DNA from: an uncultured bacterium
Lineage (GTDB): Bacteria > Babelota > Babeliae > Babelales > Vermiphilaceae
NCBI GenBank assembly: GCA_963713925.1
Contig: OY970212.1
Span: forward strand, 896,001-960,000
DNA: 64,000 nt
Reading direction: 5' to 3'
Shown: positions 57,599 to 64,000 of the stretch, piece after piece
Layout: each line of letters starts with the position of its first letter
How positions within the stretch are numbered: the first letter of the stretch is position 1
Position numbers and translations under genes: made by a program
The notes under the pieces: generated by a model
Told to the model about the DNA's origin: nothing
Seen by the model: the letters and a program-made list of their open reading frames with translations, nothing else
Databases searched by the model: none

Positions 57599-60304
57599 AT
57601 GATTGATAACTTTTTAACATTATTCGAACAAGCCTTTGGCAATAATTATTCCCTTTTGGTATTTTTAACGATCTCCTTCTTGGTAAAGGGATATCTTTTT
57701 ATTTATCTCACAATAAAAGGGATTATCAATTCTTCTAAAATTTATCGTCCGGTCCCCCTGCTCTTGCTTGTTCTTTTAAGCGGAATTATTCAAGATTCGG
57801 CCTGGATCGCTAGGCTCATTGGCCGTATTTTCTTCGCATCCAGTCAACCATCTTTGTATGTTGCGGGATGGGTTATCTTTTCCTGGGCCTTTCCTACCAT
57901 TCAATATCAAGCGGTGGCACTTTTTCTTGAATCGCTTGTAAACCAACAAAGACATTTTTCCGGGAGGAATATTCTTACCTCACTAATAAGTGTCGGATTC
58001 AGCATCTTTTTTGTTGCTGCCGGCATACTCAATTTACTTGATATTCGCAGTTTGGATATGCACATAGTGCAAGAATTCTGCAGTTTATATTGCATTTTAT
58101 TTTTAATGCCTTTGAGTATAATAAACGTATTTTTGAAAATGAAAAAAAGCACGGTTCCTGAGATTCTCAGACAGCAATTATTGATCATTCTCAAGTTTTT
58201 TATCTACCCGCAACTTTTTTGTGATTTTATTCAGTTATATCCATTTAAAATTGTATCCAACAGCACTCTTGCAAATAGTTATGGCATGGTTGGTCTCTCG
58301 ACTATCTTACTTGCATGCGCTATGTACTATTGCACCCGGCGAATCATTGCTCTCAGATTCTTAAATATTAAAGAGCACGTTGAAGCTGCCGATCGTTTTA
58401 ACTTCGTTAACAGCTTTAAAGATGTGCTTGAACAGTTTAGCTCGGTAACTAATGTGAAAGAGTTGGCTTATATCACGCAGACCTTCTTTAAAGAAAATTT
58501 TAATATTCCTCTCTCAAAAATACAGGTTCACATCAGGAATGATGGCAAGAAAGAAGGTTCTCTTTCAAGTAGGCCTGAGCTGAGCACCATTGAGGTCGTC
58601 GCTGAAACATTTGTAACTACCCATTATCAAAATATCGCTGCTAAAACTGAAGAAGTTCTTATTTTTGATGAAATTGCGTTTAACAGCTTTTATGGGACAA
58701 AAGATCAACGCCAAGAGCTACACTTTTTAGAAACTATTAATGCTGATATCTTTTTGCCTATCTTCAAAAATGATTCTGTGATTGCCTATATCATAGTTGA
58801 GCGGTATGCGCGACCCAAAGAATTTTACAGCACCGGCGAGCGGGATGAGATGGTTATATTTGCTCACTATTTGGGCAACATGATCCACCTACTCAAAAGC
58901 AGGCAGCTGGAATCGATTATTCAGCAGGAAAAAGAACTCAAAGAAGAGATTTACAATAAACATCAAGAAATCAATCAATATAGAGAAAGCATTCGATCCT
59001 TTTTGCGTAACAAGCCAAAAGAGATTGGCATCTTATTTTATAAGAATCGAAAGTTTATCTTCGGCAATCAGACAGCCCAAGAACTTGTGAAGGTGAATCC
59101 CAACACGCAAGAGGGTCACCCATTTGTGAAAGCAATCAAGCAAATAGCCACCATGGTTGAAGAATACAAGTCACCGCAAAATACGATTTATGCCGAATCT
59201 CCTGATCAAAAATATGTCATATCAGGTGTGCCTAATATTGAAAAAAACAATGTGATCATCACAATCTATCCGCCAGACATTTCTGATATCATAAAGCGAC
59301 AATTCAGTAGCTTGAAAGATCCGAGTAAATGGGATTATTTACTCTATCTTGAAACGACTCAATCGGGACAACTCATCAATCAAATGATCCCGGGAAATAG
59401 TGAGACTATTCTTCATTTCAAAATTGATCTACTCAAGCTCGCGCTGAATAAAAAGGCTATTTTAATCGATATGCCGCAAGAAGACACTCTTTCGATCGTT
59501 GAGATTCTCCATCATATATCATTGCGCGAGACACTCCATGTGATGCATATCAAAAGTCCATCTTCACATGCGGAACATGCTATCAAGCTCTTTGGAATCA
59601 ACCCCATTTTTTCTATGAATAAAGATACACAGTCACTGCTTGAAAAGCTCCATAACGTCGGCACGCTTTTTATTGAAAACATACACTTGCTTGAACTTGA
59701 AACTCAGGAATATTTGGCTGAATATTTACAATACGGCATGTTTCGCGTGTACAAAAGTGATCAACGAAAAGAAGCGAATGTACGCATTATCTGCTCAAGC
59801 AATCAGGATTTAACCTATCTCAGTCAACAAGGAAAATTTTCAGCTAACCTTCTTGCCGAATTGAAAAAAACACAGATTAAATTCCCCTCATTGCACGAAC
59901 TTCCACAAGAAGAACTTTCAGAACTCACTGAAGGATTCTCTCATGGCATGCTTCAAAACCAAGCCTATTCGAGTCTCTTGGAATTGACCGACCGAGAAAA
60001 AAATAGACTCATTGAATCGCGTCCGGTGAGTTTTAAGGAGCTTAAGCAACGAATTCAACAACTTATGCATAATAAATCAAAAAAGAATGAAATTGAGCAT
60101 GAAACTCATTTCGACCCAGCATTTGTTGATATTTCAAATCCTGAGCTTCTGCAAGCTGTCAGACTTGGCAAACACGCACTGCGCGACAAACGGGTCATGA
60201 CTATGTTGTGGAACAAATTTAAGAATCAGAATAAGATTGCGTCATTCTTGGGCGTTAACAGATCGTCAGTAAACCGACGCTGCAAAGAATTCAATCTTGA
60301 ATGA
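57599..60304 (+). CDS. Membrane one-component regulator: about 7 TM, GAF-like, degenerate sigma54-activator AAA+, Fis-type HTH
   Basis: Seven hydrophobic segments; DIFLPI...YSTGE GAF-like; GTLFIENIH, ANVRIICSSNQDL; KIASFLGVNRSSVNRR. Confidence 0.85.
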   Translation: MIDNFLTLFEQAFGNNYSLLVFLTISFLVKGYLFIYLTIKGIINSSKIYRPVPLLLLVLLSGIIQDSAWIARLIGRIFFASSQPSLYVAGWVIFSWAFPTIQYQAVALFLESLVNQQRHFSGRNILTSLISVGFSIFFVAAGILNLLDIRSLDMHIVQEFCSLYCILFLMPLSIINVFLKMKKSTVPEILRQQLLIILKFFIYPQLFCDFIQLYPFKIVSNSTLANSYGMVGLSTILLACAMYYCTRRIIALRFLNIKEHVEAADRFNFVNSFKDVLEQFSSVTNVKELAYITQTFFKENFNIPLSKIQVHIRNDGKKEGSLSSRPELSTIEVVAETFVTTHYQNIAAKTEEVLIFDEIAFNSFYGTKDQRQELHFLETINADIFLPIFKNDSVIAYIIVERYARPKEFYSTGERDEMVIFAHYLGNMIHLLKSRQLESIIQQEKELKEEIYNKHQEINQYRESIRSFLRNKPKEIGILFYKNRKFIFGNQTAQELVKVNPNTQEGHPFVKAIKQIATMVEEYKSPQNTIYAESPDQKYVISGVPNIEKNNVIITIYPPDISDIIKRQFSSLKDPSKWDYLLYLETTQSGQLINQMIPGNSETILHFKIDLLKLALNKKAILIDMPQEDTLSIVEILHHISLRETLHVMHIKSPSSHAEHAIKLFGINPIFSMNKDTQSLLEKLHNVGTLFIENIHLLELETQEYLAEYLQYGMFRVYKSDQRKEANVRIICSSNQDLTYLSQQGKFSANLLAELKKTQIKFPSLHELPQEELSELTEGFSHGMLQNQAYSSLLELTDREKNRLIESRPVSFKELKQRIQQLMHNKSKKNEIEHETHFDPAFVDISNPELLQAVRLGKHALRDKRVMTMLWNKFKNQNKIASFLGVNRSSVNRRCKEFNLE

Positions 60305-60316
60305 TGCGAATCAAAT

Positions 60317-60394
60317 TTAATCGTTCGGTGGAAATCTCATCATTACCGCGATGAGAAAAACTACTGAAAAAAATTGAAATAGTAACGTACTCAT
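60317..60394 (-). CDS. 25-aa hydrophobic peptide ending FPPND, divergent from regulator 2
   Basis: MSTLLFQFFSVVFLIAVMMRFPPND; GAGGA RBS; same promoter hexamers as peptide 1. Confidence 0.65.
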   Translation of the reverse strand: MSTLLFQFFSVVFLIAVMMRFPPND

Positions 60395-60455
60395 ATATCT
60401 TCCTCGAAAGTTATTCGTCCTTTCCCTCCATGTTGCAATCTCTTTATGATGTTGT

Positions 60456-60484
60456 AGTATAGTGACATTATAAAGGATGATCAA
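60456..60484 (-). promoter_or_regulatory. Sigma70-like promoter for peptide 2
   Basis: TTGATC (60479-84)-N17-TATACT (60456-61). Confidence 0.7.
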
Positions 60485-63221
60485 TAATATGCTGAACATT
60501 TTTCAATCTGTATGTGAATTAATACACAGCAAGCATTTCTTTTTTATAACCCTCATCTTTGTTCTATGCGCGAAATGTTTTCTTTTTATACAACTCATCA
60601 ATAGAACAAAACATTCTACAACTCAGCGTTTATCTATTTTGCTATTACTCGGAGTCATTATAGGATCTATAGCCGGCGATGTCAGCTGGTTTATTAAATT
60701 GTTGAGAGATTTATGGATTACAACCATCCCATATACAGTTAATATTTTTGGGTTAAGAATAGCGTGGGCATTTCTTATCATTCAATATCAGTCGCTCGCC
60801 CTCTTTATAGAAACGGTTCCTCAAAGAATTTTTCGATTAAAGCGCATGCATTTTGTATCGTTAGCTGTTAGCTGCGCGATCGCTTGTTTTTTTGTGTACA
60901 TTGCTTTTTTTGAACCCACCCTTCTTACACAAGTTGAGCGGCACCTTGCATTTAACGAAACAAATCCACAATTAATTCCTTGGGAAGTGCTTGTCATGAG
61001 ATATGTGAGTCTCTATCTCATTCCTATTTTTATGCTTTCCAGCCTCTTTTATACATTCAAAGCAATTTCTTCGCGACGATTGCCCACCCTACTTAAACGG
61101 CATATGTCAATTCTTGTACAATATTTTCTAACTCCATTCTTTATTGCGGAATCTATCGTTGCTATTCATATGAATGTCAAATCGCTTAACATATATTCAA
61201 GTGGAATCCTAAGTATATCGAATATTCTTTTGACCTGTTCTCTCTATTATAGCATTCGCACAATTTTAAATCTTCGATTCCTCAATCTTGACGCTCATAT
61301 TCCTGCCCGTCAACGCGTCAATTTTATAGAGCATTTCAAAGAAGCTCTTGAGACTCTGAGCAAAGTAGGAAATATCGAAGAGTTAGTTCAAATTACTCAA
61401 ACATTCTTTAAAGAAGCCTTTGATATTCACAATAAAAAAGTCACTCTCCACATCAAAAATCTTTCGCCGGAATCTACATCAGCAACTCCAGATAAAGTGA
61501 ATCCGCTTGAGCAAAGCATTGAACAATTTTTGCTCACATTGACCGAAAAAGAATCCGAGTGTCTGAAAAAATTAAAAATCTTAATTAACGATGAACTGAG
61601 CTTTACCGAATTTTATAACCCCAGCCCGATACGACACAAGTTCATACAATTTTTGCAGGATAATCAGTTGGATATCTTCTTACCCATTTATAGAAACAAC
61701 ACAATTATTGCACACATTAGCGTTGGGTTGAACGCACGGCTGCAACATAACTATACGCTCGCTGACCATGATGAAATGCTTGTTTATAGCACCTACTTGG
61801 CAAGCGTTATCAATTTGGTTAGAAATCGTAATCTCAAGCAGCTCATTCAAAAAAAACATATATTGCAAGATGATGCATTTCTCAAACATCAGGAAATTAA
61901 CTTATACAAAGAAAGTATAGAAGCTTTTATAAAAACAAACGCAACCAAGCACATCGGTATTTGTTTTTATAAAAATAATAAGATTACTATTGCGCATATC
62001 CTTTCCCACGGAATTATTAACCAACAGATTATTCAACAAGATCGTCATCCGCTCACCAAAGCAATCAAGGAAATTGGCGATCAAGTAGAACAGTTCAAGA
62101 CTCCTGCTACGCAGTTAATTAATTATGATGGTATACGCATTGTGTTAACCGCCGTCTCAAACCTTGAACGACAAAATGTGATCGTCACGTTATATCAACC
62201 GGAAATTTCGGATGTATTAAAACATAAAATAAATGTATTGAAAGACCCTGAACGCTGGAACTTCTTGCTCTACCTTGAAACGACAAAATTGGGCGCCAAA
62301 ATCAACCAGCTCATTCCAAGCGATAGTGAATTGATGCTCAATCTCAAGATTGAGTTGTTGCAAAATGCTATTAATCGAAAAATCGTACTTCTCAATGCCC
62401 CCGAAGAAGATATTCAATCGCTTGCACAGGTGATGTGTCAAAGCAGCGCTCAAAATATGCTCCATATATTGTCACTCAAATATCAGGCTCAAGATGCAAC
62501 CTATTATAAAAAGATGTTTGGAGATCACTCAGTTTTCGGTTCACATTCAGAACCGGCTCTGCTTGAGAAAGCTAATAATAACGCGACAATTTTGATAGAA
62601 AATATTCATTTCCTCGATTTGCAAACGCAAGCAATGCTTGCGCACTACAACAAAACGGGTGCCTATAGCCCATACCACAGCAGTGCACTCACCGAATCAC
62701 ACGTTCGTATTATATGCACCACCAACCAAAGCATCTCCAATCTTCTGCTTGAGAATAAGTGTGACTATGCATTGTATGAAATACTCAAAGATTCGAGCAT
62801 GAGCTTTCCTTCTCTACTGACCCTCCCGCATGAAGAATTAGAAGGATTGGCGCATGGATACTTACATCAGTTATTGCAACAAGATGAATTTAAAATTACT
62901 ATACCACCAACAAATAAAGAGATCTCGAACATTGTCAGAACAAAACCGACTAGTTTGACTGAATTAAAACGCAAAGTAAAAAATCTTCTCACGGCTCAAA
63001 AAGAATCGCTTCCCGATTCTGATTTTGAACATGCACACTCAACTGCATCTCAAGAACATGAGATCATCCATGCAACCAGACTTGGAAAAAAAGCCTTACA
63101 AGACCCGGATATTATGCGCGTTTTATGGCAAAAGTTTAAAAATCAGAATAAAATTGCTACCTTTTTAGGAGTAAATAGATCATCAGTTAATAGACGCTGT
63201 AAGGAATATCAGCTCCAGTAG
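60477..63221 (+). CDS. Paralogous membrane one-component regulator (7TM-GAF-degenerate AAA+-HTH)
   Basis: Collinear with 57599..60304 (IQYQ..ALF, ITQTFFKE, LLYLETT, IENIH, near-identical HTH); start may be 60489. Confidence 0.85.
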   Translation: MINNMLNIFQSVCELIHSKHFFFITLIFVLCAKCFLFIQLINRTKHSTTQRLSILLLLGVIIGSIAGDVSWFIKLLRDLWITTIPYTVNIFGLRIAWAFLIIQYQSLALFIETVPQRIFRLKRMHFVSLAVSCAIACFFVYIAFFEPTLLTQVERHLAFNETNPQLIPWEVLVMRYVSLYLIPIFMLSSLFYTFKAISSRRLPTLLKRHMSILVQYFLTPFFIAESIVAIHMNVKSLNIYSSGILSISNILLTCSLYYSIRTILNLRFLNLDAHIPARQRVNFIEHFKEALETLSKVGNIEELVQITQTFFKEAFDIHNKKVTLHIKNLSPESTSATPDKVNPLEQSIEQFLLTLTEKESECLKKLKILINDELSFTEFYNPSPIRHKFIQFLQDNQLDIFLPIYRNNTIIAHISVGLNARLQHNYTLADHDEMLVYSTYLASVINLVRNRNLKQLIQKKHILQDDAFLKHQEINLYKESIEAFIKTNATKHIGICFYKNNKITIAHILSHGIINQQIIQQDRHPLTKAIKEIGDQVEQFKTPATQLINYDGIRIVLTAVSNLERQNVIVTLYQPEISDVLKHKINVLKDPERWNFLLYLETTKLGAKINQLIPSDSELMLNLKIELLQNAINRKIVLLNAPEEDIQSLAQVMCQSSAQNMLHILSLKYQAQDATYYKKMFGDHSVFGSHSEPALLEKANNNATILIENIHFLDLQTQAMLAHYNKTGAYSPYHSSALTESHVRIICTTNQSISNLLLENKCDYALYEILKDSSMSFPSLLTLPHEELEGLAHGYLHQLLQQDEFKITIPPTNKEISNIVRTKPTSLTELKRKVKNLLTAQKESLPDSDFEHAHSTASQEHEIIHATRLGKKALQDPDIMRVLWQKFKNQNKIATFLGVNRSSVNRRCKEYQLQ

Positions 63222-63227
63222 GAAAAA

Positions 63228-64000
63228 ATGGAATCGGTGGAACTCAACATCTCTCAAGAAATTTTTAAAGAATTATCACATGAATTCATACTCCACCTGC
63301 AAGTTGAGCGACGCGTTTCAGAGCATACCATTCGCGCATACACCGGAGATCTGACAGATATTGTTCATTTTTGGACTTCACTATCAGAAGATGATCAAAA
63401 ACATCTTCCCTTCAAACAAATACTCGATCGATACATGATGAGTATTTTTTATAAAAAAATCAGTAAAAGTTCTATTGCTCGTAAATTCTCTTGTCTACGC
63501 TCATTTGAAAAATTTCTGCTCAAGCGGGGAATTCGATTAGCGCTCAAAATAAAACGACCACGCATAGAAAAAAAATTACCGGTCTATTTAAGCATTGATG
63601 AAATCACTTATCTCCTTGACGGCATTTCTGACAAAGAGCTGTTGTGTCAATATCCTTTGCGCGATAAAGCAATTTTTGAACTGCTCTATGCAACCGGAAT
63701 ACGATGTTCAGAGCTCGTTTCAATTTGCATGCGCGATCTTAATATGCACGAAAAAACAATTCGCATATTTGGCAAAGGAGCAAAAGAGCGCATTGTGTTG
63801 TTCGGCCAGCGAGCAAAAGAACGCCTGGAACTTTATTTGCAAAAGGAACGAGCTTTTGTTAAAAACACGGATGAGCGTCTGTTTTTGAACAATCGCCATG
63901 AACCGCTCACGCAACGGAGCATTCAAAGAATTATCGAACATTTCAGGATGTTTCTAAAAACTCCCCGAGAGATTACGCCTCACAAGCTACGACATTCATT
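63228..64000 (+). CDS. xerC: Tyrosine recombinase XerC/XerD family, 3'-truncated
   Basis: Hand translation: SEHTIRAY..DL, RDKAIFELLYATGIRCSEL, GKGAKERIV, ITPHKLRHS. Confidence 0.88.
   Translation, partial: MESVELNISQEIFKELSHEFILHLQVERRVSEHTIRAYTGDLTDIVHFWTSLSEDDQKHLPFKQILDRYMMSIFYKKISKSSIARKFSCLRSFEKFLLKRGIRLALKIKRPRIEKKLPVYLSIDEITYLLDGISDKELLCQYPLRDKAIFELLYATGIRCSELVSICMRDLNMHEKTIRIFGKGAKERIVLFGQRAKERLELYLQKERAFVKNTDERLFLNNRHEPLTQRSIQRIIEHFRMFLKTPREITPHKLRHS

Noticed and set aside
63228..64000. Tyrosine recombinase as the integrase of an island carrying the regulators
   Set aside because: The sequence looks like housekeeping XerC/XerD, with no att repeats, adjacent tRNA or phage genes visible. 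The gene is truncated by the window edge, so this cannot be fully excluded.

Overview
This is AT-rich bacterial chromosomal DNA. Its gene content and style suggest an intracellular protist parasite of Candidatus Dependentiae/Babelota (TM6); the taxonomy is an inference. Housekeeping genes present: Mn/Zn ABC transporter, grpE, ssb, pgsA, mnmA, argS, rpmH-rnpA, trxB, tig, tsf-frr, tRNA-Lys, tRNA-Leu, PIN-PhoH, fadD, ferredoxin, tmk-holB, cca, thrS, nth and a partial xerC. They are interleaved with many lineage-specific 'MKR..' signal-peptide genes, several carrying eukaryote-directed motifs (F-box-like, BTB/Skp1-like plus beta-propeller, CaaX, J-domain, a mitochondrial presequence-like segment). 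The best candidate for a new system is at 57.4-63.2 kb. It consists of two tandem modules, each pairing a tiny hydrophobic peptide gene ending in FPPxx (behind an identical TTGATC-N17-TATACT promoter) divergently with a 7TM-GAF-degenerate AAA+-HTH one-component regulator. The window also holds at least four families of short palindromic repeats that nest inside each other and sit in frame inside tmk, rnpA, fadD and other genes. An unannotated His/Cys-rich metallothionein-like ORF is also present.
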